64,000 bases of DNA from positions 310,001 to 374,000 of the forward strand of contig OW569371.1 of NCBI GenBank assembly GCA_937625935.1, read 5' to 3'. Position numbers and translations under genes: made by a program. Shown here one piece after another: positions 29,601-42,000 of the stretch (position 1 is its first letter; each line of letters begins with the position of its first letter). This DNA comes from Tetramitus jugosus (taxonomy: Eukaryota; Protista; Heterolobosea). The notes beneath the pieces are model-generated. The model worked only from the letters and a program-made list of their open reading frames with translations, was not told the DNA's origin and searched no databases.

Positions 29601-32600
29601 AAAGTTGTTTGAGGCCTTAGTTACAGCCTTGCACGATCGTGACCAAGACCATTTATTGGTAGAGATGGCAAATTCAATTGATGAACGAGGTAGATTGCCA
29701 CTTCATGTCCTGCTTCAGAGTGTTACTCCTTCCTCAATTCTCAGAGGAGAGAAGTTCATCGACAATGAGGTGAATTCAGATGTTGAAATGGATGATTCAT
29801 CAATCAACAAACAATCCACCAAGCAAAAAGAGGTAGAACAAGAGGAAGATGATAATGACAGTGATAGTCGTGAGGAGCACATGAGTGACGAAGAAATTGG
29901 GGATGAAGACAGCGATCATGAAAATGAAGAAATGTCGGATGATGAGGAAGAAGAAGCATCTGTTCAATTTATTACTGGTCGATTCGAATCTACCGGTACT
30001 ACCAACATCACAAACAATGTGATACTCTTGACTTCTTTCCTGTCATATTATCTTGCTATCACCAAGTCTAATATCAACTCCCCAATTGTTGAGATTGAAC
30101 AAAAAGAACAAGAAAAGAAAAAACGCTCCGACAGCGACAGTGAACAAGATTCTGACGGCAGTAATGATGAATCTGGTAGCAGTGAGGATGATAGTGATAG
30201 TGATAATGGTTCATACAACTACGGTCTTCAAACCACTAACCAAAACCAAAAGATTAAGCAGGATAACATTGGATATACTCCACTTCATATTGTGGTTAAC
30301 GCTCTCAATGCCAGCTTGATAGAATATTTGATTGTCACTCTGAAAGCAAAGGTTAACGTCCAAGATGCCAAGGGAAGAACCCCACTTCACTTTGCAATGC
30401 ATTCTGCTGGTTCCAACGACCAGAACGCTTACGGTATTTGCAAGTACTTGGTATCACAAGGTGCTGACATGACTATGCTCGATTACCACGAGAGACCACC
30501 TGTGTTCTACTTGTTCACAAATCTCGTGAAAGCTTCAAATCAAGTTCAAACTCAAAGAGCATCTCCATTCTGGGGTTATCAACAACAACAACAACAACCT
30601 ACTAGTTCCAGTGCGGAACCAATTGAAATTTTGAGTGATTTCACAATTGTTACTGGATTCTCTGCTACACACAAGGATAAGGAACAAAGAACATTGCTTC
30701 ACTATACCTCGATGAAGGGATTCACTATTTGCAGCATGTTATTGATTCAGCTCGGTTGTGATATTAATGAAAAGGATAGGTTAGGTAATACTCCACTTGC
30801 CTACGCTATTCTAAATAAGCAAGTTGACTTTGGTGTTGGTTTGATTAATAAGGGTGCCGAATATGACATTGAAATTACTCAAGAAGTCACCAAAGCAGTT
30901 GAAGATGATTATTCATCTCGTACTACTATTGGAAAACGGGAAAAGAGTCAAACAGTTGTTGTGCAGGAGTCTGCTTCCCTGTTTAAGCATGCTCTCAAAA
31001 TTAATGCCTTTGGTCTCGCATTTTTGCTCGAGTCCAAAGAGATTGAGCCAACAAGAGCAATTAATGACGCACTTGAAACCCAAATGTACCAAATGGCGGC
31101 TAATCTCATCTCCAAGTCTCCTTCTGATGCTCTAAAGAGTAAGAATTCGGAAACCGGTGAAAACCTACTTCACATTGTGTCAAAGTATTGTAGCTCTGGA
31201 TTCCAACCATACAGTAGAAAGCTGATCAAGTTACTCCATAATAGAGGTCTTAAGTTGGATGATGTTGACAACAATGGAAACACTCCACTTCATAATTCTG
31301 TGCTTATCAATGCGATCATCACAAACTATCTCTTGAAACATGGAGCCAAAGTTGATATTCAAGATCAAAACAAGATGAACGTATTGCACTTGGTGTCTCA
31401 TGACAATCATATGAAAGGATTGCCACAACTATTAGCAGCAACTGGTGCTAAGACCGCTATTAATGCGAAAGACAAGGATGGTAAGACTCCTTTGCACCAT
31501 GCAGTGTCCTATTCCAAGTTTGGTTCTTTCGAGAATGTTCAACTTGTTAACGACTTGGTTGGAGCAGGTGCCAAGTATGATATTGAAGATAACGAGAAAA
31601 AATCTCCTCTTTTCTATGCCCTGATGCAACAAAGTGGTACTATAGCAAATGCATTCAGACAATTATCCGCTCAAATCCCTAACTCTCTGAAGGACAAGGC
31701 TCAAAAGGAATACAGCAAATATTCTGAGGAATTCTTCAAATTACCAGGAAAATTCGTTGAGTTGGATGTTAAGACTGATGCAGAAAAGGCTCGAAGCGAA
31801 CTAGAAGCGAAACAAAAGCAAGTCCGTAGAAAGCCTACAGTTCATCGCGTCTTAAGAAAGCCAGGTCACAAGGTACTTTTGGACGAGGATGGAAAACCAT
31901 TCGATATCCTTCTGAACAAGGTTGAAGTGACAGCTGGTGAATTTGGTACTAACATGTTCTACAAACAACAAATTGTGCACAATACTGCTCAAGATTTGTA
32001 TGTCTTCCTCACCAATTGGGGTAGAGTAGGTGAGGCTGGACAACATCAACAAACTCCTCTATCCAAAGAAGAAGCAATTGTTGAATTCAAGAAGAATTTC
32101 AGAAGCAAAACTGCCAATCATTGGGATGAAAGAGACAACTTTAAGCAAGCAGCTGGAAAGTATGCAATTGTTGAATTATCCCAAACCACTATCAAAGAAA
32201 ATCTAAAGCCTATTGATCTCTCTAACGCTCCTGCATCCAAGCTAGATCCTAGAGTTCAGAATTTGATGGGTCTTTTGTGTGATATCACAATCATGCAGAA
32301 AAATTTGCAACATTATGGTGTTGATTTGACTATTGCCAGACTGCACAAGAAGCATTTGATGGCCGCATTAGATGTATTAAACAAAGCCAAGGAAGAACTT
32401 TCAAAGTTTGAAAAACCTGATGTGACTCCAATCGAGAAGAAGGAGGCTCTTGATGAAGTTTACAAACTGACAAGTCAATTCTATCAACTCATTCCTCATA
32501 CCCAATTCAGAGATAGTGCCATTCCTGCATTGCAAATGAGCGATGTAGCTCAAAAGAGAAAGATGCTAGAAGATTTGATTGACTTGCAGGTGACATCGAG

Positions 32601-33294
32601 AATCATTCTTGCCTCTACTGTCCAAGCAAAGACGATGAATCCTTTGGATTATACATACAATGCTATCAAGACTCATCTGAAACCTATTGGATCATCCGAT
32701 GAAGATTACAGTATTCTGTCTAAATTTATCAACAGAACTAAGCAGTACAAGATTTTGAATCTGTTCAGAGTGTGCAGAGAGGAGGAACAGGCAAGATTTA
32801 AACCTCACTTGGCTGACAAGAACAGAATGTTGCTTTTCCATGGAAGTTCTGTTACAAACTTCATTTCTATCCTATCACAAGGATTGAAGATTGCTCCACC
32901 TGAAGCCCCAGCAAGTGGTTATATGTTTGGCAAGGGTATTTACAGCGCTGATGTGGTTGAAAAATCTATTGGATACTGCAGTGGTAATTTGAGTGGTAAT
33001 GTGGTTTGCTTGTTATTGTGCGAGGTTGCCTTGGGTGATTGCTTCGAGTGTACATCAGGAGTCTACATGGAAAAGGCAATGCCTGGTTGTGGAAGTACAA
33101 AAGGAGTTGGACGAACTGGTCCAGATTTCTCCAAGAACTTTGTGACCTTTGATGGTATGAAAATACCTGCAGGCCCAATTATTACTTACAACCCACACGC
33201 AATTAATTCTTATAACTCGCTCAATTACAACGAGTATATTGTCTACGATGAAAGTAGAGTGAGAATCAGATACATGGTTCAACTCAAATTGTAA
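26607..33294 (+). CDS. Histone H3 tail-ubiquitin-ankyrin-WGR-PARP fusion (about 2200 aa); exon 1 26607-26614, exon 2 26689-33294 with a 1-nt frame break near 27905
   Basis: CCACC-ATG GCA AG, intron 26615-26688 (GTACGA..ACTAAC..TTTACAG), giving [21 protein letters not shown]. Ubiquitin-like domain 26864-27091, many TPLHxA ankyrins, NWGRVG at about 32017, PARP regulatory helices, LFHGS / GKGIY / YNEYIVY. Confidence 0.88.
26615..26688 (+). other. 74-nt spliceosomal intron in codon R2 of the H3-like tail
   Basis: GT donor, ACTAAC branch at 26665-26670, CAG acceptor; splicing restores the canonical H3 start MART. Confidence 0.92.
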
Positions 33295-33386
33295 ATGAAA
33301 TAAATACAACAGTTCCACGACAGACAAAATCTTTTCAACAGATTGCAACATACTTGCTCTAATTATTTTTTATTGTTGGCACATGA

Positions 33387-34643
33387 TTATTGGAGCACAA
33401 AGTCTGTGACATCATCTGAAGGAGCCAACTGTGCTTGCACTGACTTGGCATGCTGCAGACACTTGTCATAAAATACTCTGAGTGCCTCTCTGAAAATGTC
33501 CTCTGGCCTCATCATACCTACACTCTCAATCGAGAAAATGTAATGATTCTTCAATCGAGCCAAATTAATCTTCTTGTCCCACTCGTCAGTTCGTATGCAC
33601 TCTCTGCACATGGTACAATCCCTAGGTCTTGCCACAATCGCTTCATCATCCTCGATATCAAACACCTTCATTGGACAAATATTGACCAATTCTTGAGCGT
33701 GCTTTCCAGTGATTCTCGCTGGCTTATCAGATGATCTCTGCTTGCCCTTGAACGATATTTCAGGCATCAAACGATAGGTTGCAGTGGCAACAGGTGAGAA
33801 TTTGGCATGATCCTTTCCAATGCCCTTGACACAGTAGCACTCGAGATCAATCTCCTGTCCAGGGTTCAACTTTGCAATCAAAATATCGTCAAACACTGGT
33901 TTAATCGGATTGTTCTTGAATCGCTGTGCTTGATCACCGATAGGCACCCACTCCAAATCACCAGAGTACACCTTTTGATGCTCATATTCCTCTGCATTGT
34001 AATTGTGTGGATTCGGTGTCTTCTTCCGATCGCACTTGACCTTCAATCGGAACAAGATTGTCTCATTGTCCATCAAATTGTCCGGAACAGTCCAAACTTC
34101 ACTGCTCAAATTGGCACCAATGGGCAAATAACCAGAGTGAGAAGGTGGGTATGGTCTGCTCGTGTCTTCCGTATTGGCCGAGTACTCACTCATTTGTTTG
34201 ACAGTGGATTGACTCTGGAGGCGTTGAAGTCTCGTGGGATCTGTGCCAGTCAATGGAGCAGAAGGGTAGTCAAACAGCCGAGGGTCCACCTGAATGGGAA
34301 TGAGACCCATTCGATGACACAGCACCTCATCCTGAACAATGCTCGTATTCTTGACAACAGAGATCCACTCGATTGCAACAGTGGGCACTTCGGAGATGAG
34401 AATTCGGCGAAAAGCATTGGCAATGGGTGCATCGACGCCCATCATATCAAACACGAGTTTGTCATGGGTGGACTCCTTGATTCGAATATCAAATTCACTT
34501 TGAAATGCTTCCATGGAGAATGAAAAGTCATAGTTGGGTCCAAATGAACCATGGTAGGAGATGGTGTTGGTTTGTGAGGGTGCGAATCGACCAATTTGGA
34601 CCTTGTTTTTCAAGTCTTCCATTTGTTTGGTAAGCTTGCTCAT
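33387..34643 (-). CDS. RPC40: RNA polymerase I/III shared subunit AC40
   Basis: IANAFRRILISEVPTVAIE, NTSIVQDEVLCHRMGLIP, GIGKDHAKFSPVATATYRLMP, CPMKVFDIED, CTMCRECIR. Confidence 0.97.
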   Translation of the reverse strand: MSKLTKQMEDLKNKVQIGRFAPSQTNTISYHGSFGPNYDFSFSMEAFQSEFDIRIKESTHDKLVFDMMGVDAPIANAFRRILISEVPTVAIEWISVVKNTSIVQDEVLCHRMGLIPIQVDPRLFDYPSAPLTGTDPTRLQRLQSQSTVKQMSEYSANTEDTSRPYPPSHSGYLPIGANLSSEVWTVPDNLMDNETILFRLKVKCDRKKTPNPHNYNAEEYEHQKVYSGDLEWVPIGDQAQRFKNNPIKPVFDDILIAKLNPGQEIDLECYCVKGIGKDHAKFSPVATATYRLMPEISFKGKQRSSDKPARITGKHAQELVNICPMKVFDIEDDEAIVARPRDCTMCRECIRTDEWDKKINLARLKNHYIFSIESVGMMRPEDIFREALRVFYDKCLQHAKSVQAQLAPSDDVTDFVLQ

Positions 34644-34890
34644 GTTCGTTTTCAGTTGTTTTCAGTTGTTGTTGGTTGCGTTTTTTTTTTCTATCTCAGT
34701 TTGGTGCACCATAGAAAATTCACACCAATTTTTGCGCGATGTGATTGTCCGCTGACTGGCATATTTTCATTGAAGTTTCAATAAGAAAAAGAAAAGCGCG
34801 CGAACAATTTTTTTTGAAGGAATTGTATTTTACATGCTGACCGCTACAAAATAGCCAATCCATAATGAATTGTTGAATTGTGGAACAAAT

Positions 34891-35523
34891 TCAGAATTCA
34901 GAAGACAAACGACCGACTACACACTTTTCCAACAATCGATCCAAATTGACCCACGAGTGATACTTGTCAAACAATTGAGTGGCGTCTCTCCCGGCACCCA
35001 ACATTAACTTTTCTACTCCACCTGGATGAAACTTCAAATAGGGAGTAATGTCATACACGATACCACGAATAATGATCCAACAATCGTCCTCCGTATTGTG
35101 TTTTTTGACTTCACTCTTTGGTATGGATAGGGACATGGGTGGATGCGGTGAGTGATGAGAGACGAATAGCTGATAGGATGGCAAGTGATTCTTTCTAAAA
35201 TCGGATTGAGCAGTAATTTGATACCATTTCAATAGTCCATTACCACCAGTGTTGACTTTTCTTCTGGGGAGAAATGCTTGTTGTTGTTGTTGTGATGTTG
35301 TAGTATTGGTAGTGGTAGTAGGGTTGCGCAGAAAGACTGGTGTCTTGTTTGGGATGTTGTTATTGTTACTGTTGTTGGTTGATAATGATGTACTGTCATT
35401 GTGATTGACAACTGTAATGGAGGGAGGCAAAAATGTTGTATGGTTGTTGTTGTCGTTGTTGGATGATGATTCAGTGTAGGTTGGGGAATCAGATGGTGTC
35501 CGTTGATGATTGGATAATGTCAT
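34891..35523 (-). CDS. Cytochrome b5-like heme-binding protein (like the CYB5R4 N-terminal module)
   Basis: [45 protein letters not shown], with both axial His residues. Confidence 0.9.
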   Translation of the reverse strand: MTLSNHQRTPSDSPTYTESSSNNDNNNHTTFLPPSITVVNHNDSTSLSTNNSNNNNIPNKTPVFLRNPTTTTNTTTSQQQQQAFLPRRKVNTGGNGLLKWYQITAQSDFRKNHLPSYQLFVSHHSPHPPMSLSIPKSEVKKHNTEDDCWIIIRGIVYDITPYLKFHPGGVEKLMLGAGRDATQLFDKYHSWVNLDRLLEKCVVGRLSSEF

Positions 35524-35882
35524 TCTATCGTGTTAGTAGTGATTGATATAGTATGTACAAGTTGTGTTGACTCTTTTTTGTTTGTTGATGTTTGTTGGTG
35601 GTTGCAATCGCTCAGACGCGTTGGTGTATTTTCAGTGTTCTGGGGTGCGGACTCATGATATCCCGCAACCAGTCTTCCAGCCTCTGCTAGAACTCTGTTA
35701 CTCCGAGTTGTAAACTTGGTCAACTCTTTTTTCCTTGTCTAGTAGGAGAATAAAGTTGCGCCGCTCCATCATCATGCGTTTTTTTCTTCTCTCGCAGCTG
35801 TGGACCAGAGAAGAAAAAATCATCCTCCACACATACACGTTCACAACAATCATACACAAACTCAACAACAACGAAAAAAAAA

Positions 35883-36734
35883 ATGTTCAAGCAAGCAGTG
35901 AGAAAATCGACACAATTCAACACCAACAGAAAGAACACGACAGCATTCACCACTGCTCTCTCTCGCTTCCAAAAAGCCAATGCACATGACTTTACCATCA
36001 AGTGCTCCTTCCCATTGGCCGACATGGAGTCATTCAAATCTCAAGTCAAAACCAAGGGCAATGGCCAAGAAGTGACTCACTACAATTTTGAGACCACATT
36101 CTTTGACTGTGTACCAAAACAGTTTGACCAATCCACACAACCATTCCCCATCAACCCTGAAAAATTTGAATTGTACTCGCTGTCCAAGAGAGACATTTGG
36201 TTGAGATTGGTGAACAATGTGTGGATGTGTCAATCACCATTCAAGGACACCAAGGGTGAAACTCACTTGAACCTCCCCATTGATCAACGTGTGCCTCATT
36301 TTGACGAACAACATGGCGAAAAGGAAATTAGAAGAGAGTTGAATTTGCAACAGGATATGACTAGAGAGGCACGTGAAAAGATCAAGTTGCCATCTCTGCA
36401 AGAGGACTTGGCTGTCAGAATGGGTGTCGTTCCATATGCCAGCTTCAAGTACACACAAACCATTTACAACATGCCAGAAAACTTTGTCATGGACGTGTAC
36501 AGCACAGACTTTGGTTACAATATTGCTGTCATGTCATCTGTGGTGAAGAATGGCACTGAACTTGATTTGAGCAACCGATCTGCCACCATGATTACCAGTC
36601 TGGAAACTTTGGGCATTGAGATTGAAAAGGTGCCATACACCAAGTCTCTGATTCTCGAATGGATTGCCAGAAACAACAAGGATCACTATCAAGTGTTGGT
36701 CGATTCCAATATTGCCCCACCACTCGATCAATAA
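35883..36734 (+). CDS. CYTH/thiamine-triphosphatase-like protein, catalytically degenerate, putative mitochondrial presequence
   Basis: TFFD, DIWLR, YASF, TDFGY and YQVLVDSN blocks are collinear with THTPA; the N-terminus is basic/hydroxyl-rich with no acidic residues. Confidence 0.7.
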   Translation: MFKQAVRKSTQFNTNRKNTTAFTTALSRFQKANAHDFTIKCSFPLADMESFKSQVKTKGNGQEVTHYNFETTFFDCVPKQFDQSTQPFPINPEKFELYSLSKRDIWLRLVNNVWMCQSPFKDTKGETHLNLPIDQRVPHFDEQHGEKEIRRELNLQQDMTREAREKIKLPSLQEDLAVRMGVVPYASFKYTQTIYNMPENFVMDVYSTDFGYNIAVMSSVVKNGTELDLSNRSATMITSLETLGIEIEKVPYTKSLILEWIARNNKDHYQVLVDSNIAPPLDQ

Positions 36735-36855
36735 ACAATCTCTTTTTTCTTGGGGGACAAAATGCACAACATTTGTTTTTAAGTTGATGATGATTCATTT
36801 TTGGATGTGTTTCACATTTTCACAGGCGAAACTGAGAATGAGGGAAAAAACTTCT

Positions 36856-38661
36856 TTATCTCTTGAAAATGCTCTTTGGGAACAAGAATGGCAGACACTT
36901 TTCTTCGGCAATCAATGGACCGACAATCATGGCAGCACTCTTGATGAGCTTGAGTGATGTCCAGAGGGCACGAGGCGTAGGCAGTGGCCAACACTCGTAG
37001 AAGCAGCCTACAATGGCAACAGAGAAAAAGTGAGTCAACAGAATGTGATAGCTCTCCGTGAGACCAGACAGCAGAGCCACAGGTCCAGTCGCACAGATGC
37101 CACCCAGTTGGAAATAGTTGAACACTGCCTTCTTCATGTATGATCGCATGGGATCATTGTCACCTGGTGCAAAGATGGCATACAGTGCATTGGCCAGAAT
37201 GTTAATGGTGCTGGCATAGCGCTTTCTGCGATGACTGAGAATCTTCATGGCCTGATCAATCGCATCATAATCAGTCAAATCACTCACATCTCTCAACAGT
37301 TCACTCAACACTTGTACGTCACCAAATGCCACAGTCATGCCACCACCAGTCAACGGATGTCTCGTATTCAATGCATCACCCAACATGATGACACCACGTT
37401 TGCTAAACTCTAGATTGGCAGGCATTTCTCTGTTGAGTGCACATCGAATGTTGCCCTCTTCAATAGTCTTGATAAATGGCTCGTGCATGGACAATGGCAA
37501 CGATGGACAAACGTTATTCTTGAGAAACAGTGGCAATTTTTCATCAGTCAAATTAGGTGCGACACTACCAGGGAAATCAATCAACACTCTCACATCGGTG
37601 CTGCTGATGGGATAGCAGAGAACAGGTGCAGGATCAACCATGAACACATTGCCATGATTCTGGAATGGTAACAAGTGAGCTGCATTCTTTAGTTTGAGAC
37701 CGACAAAACAACTGGCAATCACAGTTTCACTCTGATTGAGTGATTTGGTAAATGTGCTGCCTGCACCATTGGCAACAATGACAAGTGCACTGGTGACTGA
37801 ACGTTTTTCATTGCCATCTAATGATGACACGTACTGCACTCCATGAACGATATTATTCTTGTCGTCAGCAGCATTAGCAGTAGTAGCAGTATGAGTAGTA
37901 GTAGCATTAGTGGTAGCATTAGTAGTAGCAGTCGTCGTGTGATTCGGGAGAGGAGAGTAGAGAAAGCCACAGACTGATCCTTGAATCAGGGTCAATTGAC
38001 TCTGTTTGTCCTTGCCCATGCTCTGTGCTCTTCTTCTCAAATTCATGATGAATTTACCATAGTGGAAACTTCTGCCATGATACTTTTCACTTGTTGATGG
38101 ACTATTGTTGTTATTATTGTTCATAAAGTCTCTGTTTGGATAGGGCAAATGAACACGTTCATTTCCATAGAATACACCATAACCATTCATGTATGGTGAA
38201 TCAATACCCTCCAAACACTCTCCAAATCCCAATTGTTTCAACTTTTCAACACCACCTGGTTGCAACAATTCTCCTACAATACGATCTGGTTCATTCAAAT
38301 CTCTCTCAATGATCAATACTTTTTTGCCTTGTTGAGCAAGAGATCCACCCACTGTACATCCAACAATACCTGCACCAATCACAATCACATCATAGTCATA
38401 CTTTTGATGGGTATTATTTGTTTGACCGACTGGTATGGTTGTTGTTGTATTGTTATTGTTGCTATTGTTGTTGTGACTGCTACCAAAGAGTTGAGAAATG
38501 GTGGATACAACAATCATAATGGTATAATAAATAACAGTGGCCATGAGTGCTACTTGAAGTGGTGTCATGGACATGAGAGTCTCTAGTGATGATGTAGTTG
38601 TAGTTGTTGCTGTTTGCATATTGTGGTTGTTGTTGTTTGTAAAGGATGACAAGGATGACAT
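36856..38661 (-). CDS. ERG1: Squalene epoxidase (monooxygenase)
   Basis: VIVIGAGIVG, EPDRIVGELLQPGG, GRSFHYGKF, GDALNTRHPLTGGGMTVA, INILANALY. Confidence 0.97.
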   Translation of the reverse strand: MSSLSSFTNNNNHNMQTATTTTTSSLETLMSMTPLQVALMATVIYYTIMIVVSTISQLFGSSHNNNSNNNNTTTTIPVGQTNNTHQKYDYDVIVIGAGIVGCTVGGSLAQQGKKVLIIERDLNEPDRIVGELLQPGGVEKLKQLGFGECLEGIDSPYMNGYGVFYGNERVHLPYPNRDFMNNNNNNSPSTSEKYHGRSFHYGKFIMNLRRRAQSMGKDKQSQLTLIQGSVCGFLYSPLPNHTTTATTNATTNATTTHTATTANAADDKNNIVHGVQYVSSLDGNEKRSVTSALVIVANGAGSTFTKSLNQSETVIASCFVGLKLKNAAHLLPFQNHGNVFMVDPAPVLCYPISSTDVRVLIDFPGSVAPNLTDEKLPLFLKNNVCPSLPLSMHEPFIKTIEEGNIRCALNREMPANLEFSKRGVIMLGDALNTRHPLTGGGMTVAFGDVQVLSELLRDVSDLTDYDAIDQAMKILSHRRKRYASTINILANALYAIFAPGDNDPMRSYMKKAVFNYFQLGGICATGPVALLSGLTESYHILLTHFFSVAIVGCFYECWPLPTPRALWTSLKLIKSAAMIVGPLIAEEKCLPFLFPKSIFKR

Positions 38662-39000
38662 GACGAGAGAAGATGATGATTAAGTCGTACCGGGAGTAGC
38701 TACTCGATCAAGAGTGTCAAGTCAAAAATTGAGTGAGTAGGTGGTGTGAGTAGGTGGTAGTTGCTGGTGGTGTGTGCAGCTTTTGTGTGTTCGAGTGTTC
38801 GGGTGTCAAAAAACTGGTGGGCGTCCTTTTGCGGGCGGGAGTGTGGAAAATGGAGTAAATCGTTGGATGATAACTTTACAAAATCATCCATAATTGAACA
38901 TGGAAATGCACAAAAAATTTCTGTTTCAGTTAAAGAAATAGGCGTGATGGTATATTTAGAGAGGAATTGAGGCTCAAATGAGGATTGAGGGATGGTCATG

Positions 39001-42000
39001 TCACTCCTTGTCATTCTCTCCCTCCTCCATCTTGTTGTCTACTGCAAGGTCATTGCTACTCTGTTCGTCTACGGGTTTGGTTTCCAAGCCTTCCTCGTGT
39101 TGAGGTTCTGTTGTTGGACGACTCTCGATTGTCTCTCCTTCATTCGTGATTGTTTCATCTGTTCCTTGACTAGGTTCTTCGTCAATATTGTCAAGGTAAG
39201 GTGGTAAAATGGTTGACTTATCCGTGCTATAGAAACCATTGAGAGCTTCTGTTGGTTCGAGTAGAGCTTCGGTTTCATCATCCATTTGTTCCTCTTGTTG
39301 CGTTTCATCTTCTAGCGGTTGTTCGTCATCTGTTACGGTAGTTGCAAGTTCTTCCATTCCTTCATCTCTTTCAACTCTTAAGCTGTCACGATTCTGAAGA
39401 CTTGACGTAGGTTCTTCGAGTGGTGACATCTCAGTGGTCGTCAGTAGAGGAGAGGCACGAGAGGAACTTGTCGTAGCCGGCTGGATAATGTCATTGGACA
39501 TTGCCGTATTGAAGCCCATATCGGACATGAGAGGAACTGATCGAGATCGGAAACCTTCCATTGGTGGAAGCCGTTCTCTAGAGATTGGTCGACTCTGGGC
39601 TCTAATTTGAGCCTCTAACTCATCGATCCTATCTCTCAGATTCCGGATTGTGATCTTCTGCAGTTCGATGTTTCTCTTGGCTTCTTCCAGTGTCAGTTCA
39701 ATGGGCCCGTTCACGCCAGATGCGAATAAATTATTGGTGCTAGCGCTATGTGGAGAGGGTGAAGATGAATTAGCGTTGAACTTGTTGAATCGAGACACTC
39801 CTGCTTCCTCCTTCTCTCTCAGTTTACTATTGAGAGTTCGAACATCCTTTCTCAGAATGTTAATCTCCTTGATCAATTCCATGTTTTCATGTATGACTCG
39901 ATTTGTCTCAGTCTTACTAGTCTCAGTAGCTTTTAACAACTTCTTCTTTAAACTCTCAACAGTTTTCTCCAAATAGTTTCTTTGCCTATCGTATTCTCTC
40001 TGGATATCATAATCCATTTCTTGTTTTTTGATGGACTTGTTGACATGCTTCTGATACAGATTTTTAACATCTTCCTTCAATCGCTTCGGTTCTTGAATGC
40101 CCTGAACAACATCATGAATGTCAGACCGTATTCTGGACTTGAAAACTTCAGAATCCTTCAACTTGTTTCTCAATCTTTGAATCTCCTTGTTCTTAGCACT
40201 GATTTGAAGTTTGAGATCCTCTATTCCTCTCAATTGTTCTTCGCTCATCTCCTTGAATTTATCCAATTCCTTCTCCATTTGTTTCATTTCATGCCTTAGC
40301 TTGTTAATCTGTTCTTTGTTTGGTCTAATTTCTTCTTCAAGGGTGGTAATCTTGTACTGGAGAACAAACTTAAACTTCTCCAGTTCTTGATTCTGCCTCT
40401 TTAGTTCGAAAATTTTCTTCTCCTTATCTACAATTGTCTCTTCTCTTTCTCTGTTCTCATTCTTCAAGTTTGTCGCCTCATTTTCAAAGTGATCCTTCTT
40501 ATCCTTAGTGGTTTGAAGCTTGTTGGTAATGTCTTTCATCACCTTCTTCTGTTCATTCAGGGCATTTTGAATTTTCTCCTTGTCTGTCTGAGCTGATTTT
40601 CTCTCTCCACTTAACACTGATATATTTTGTTGAAGTTGCTTGGCTTTCTCGGTAAAGTCATTCTTAATCTTTTCAATCTCTCTGTCTCTGTCTTCTTCGA
40701 TTTGCTTTATACGCTCAATAAAGTCCCTTGTTTTTTCTTCTGATTGCAGTTTTAATTTCTCATATTCTCCTCTTTGAACAACCATTTCATCTTCATGGGT
40801 TTCAGCAATCTTTGAAATTTCGGATTGATGCATTTCCTCTGCATCTTTAATCTTTTCAATTAGATCATCTCTTTCGATCGAGAACTCGGCTTTAATGTGC
40901 TGGATTTGTTGAACGAATCCTGTAATCTTATCTTGACATTCCTTCTCCTTCTTACTGAGCTCCAACACATGTTCCTCTACCAATTCTTCAATCTTTTGCT
41001 CTAGCTCAGTTTTTGTTTGGTCAATGATTGCTTTCATTTGATTAATTCTCTCATCTTTTTTGCTCAGTTCCTCCTGATATTGTGCTGCTTGTTCCTTTAA
41101 TCTCTCATTGTATTCCAGAGCTTTTTTCTTTTGTTCATATTCGTTATCGGACTTGAGTTCGACAACTTTGGCATTCAAGTCAGCGATTGTATTATTCTTC
41201 TCCTCTAAATCACTACTGGCAATTAAAATCTCCTCAGAGTACTTTGTGTCTCTCTTCAATCGACCTCCCTCTCTATCTTTGACTTCAAATATACACATAC
41301 AACCATCTTCACTGACTGATATCAATAATGTCTCATCATGGATTAGTTTGATACGATTAATGGAATCACCATGACAATAACTATCGTCAATTAAAGTGTC
41401 CGATGTTAAGTTCGGCGGTAAAGGATAAACCAAAATGGAGCCGTCAGTACTAGCACAGAACAATAGTTTTTGGATATGACTCGATTCGATGCAGGACCAA
41501 CTGTTCTCTCCTGTTGGGACTTGCGAAATTACTTCTCCATCCTGAAATTCACGCAACATTTTATCCGTACCCACAGCGAGTATGCTCTTTCCCTCATTAA
41601 TTACACTCGTGTATTCGCAGGACTTGTTAAAGTGATGCACGATGCGTTTTTCGGTTGCCAACACATATTCGTACACTGCTCCATCCATACCAGCACTCAC
41701 GAGTCGATTGTCATCGTCCAACCAATGTAAGCATCTAATTTTTCCAGAATGACCTCTCAATGAGTGAAGTTGCAATAGAGTATGAGTATCGTACACATTG
41801 ATCACATTACCATGCACAGCAGCAAAGTATTGACCTCCATTCGAAAATTTAACTTCGGGACAATTTCTAACATGGAAGGATTTTGCTTCTCGAATGTCAT
41901 TGTTTCCTAGCAGATTCATAAATCGTAACTTATCTTGAAAACCAACGACTAAATGAAGACCATTGGGATGCATCGCTACGGAATATATTTCCTGAGAGAA

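Noticed and set aside
34891-38661. Sterol gene cluster (cytochrome b5 plus squalene epoxidase)
   Set aside because: Only two loosely related genes, separated by an unrelated one; chance adjacency is likely.
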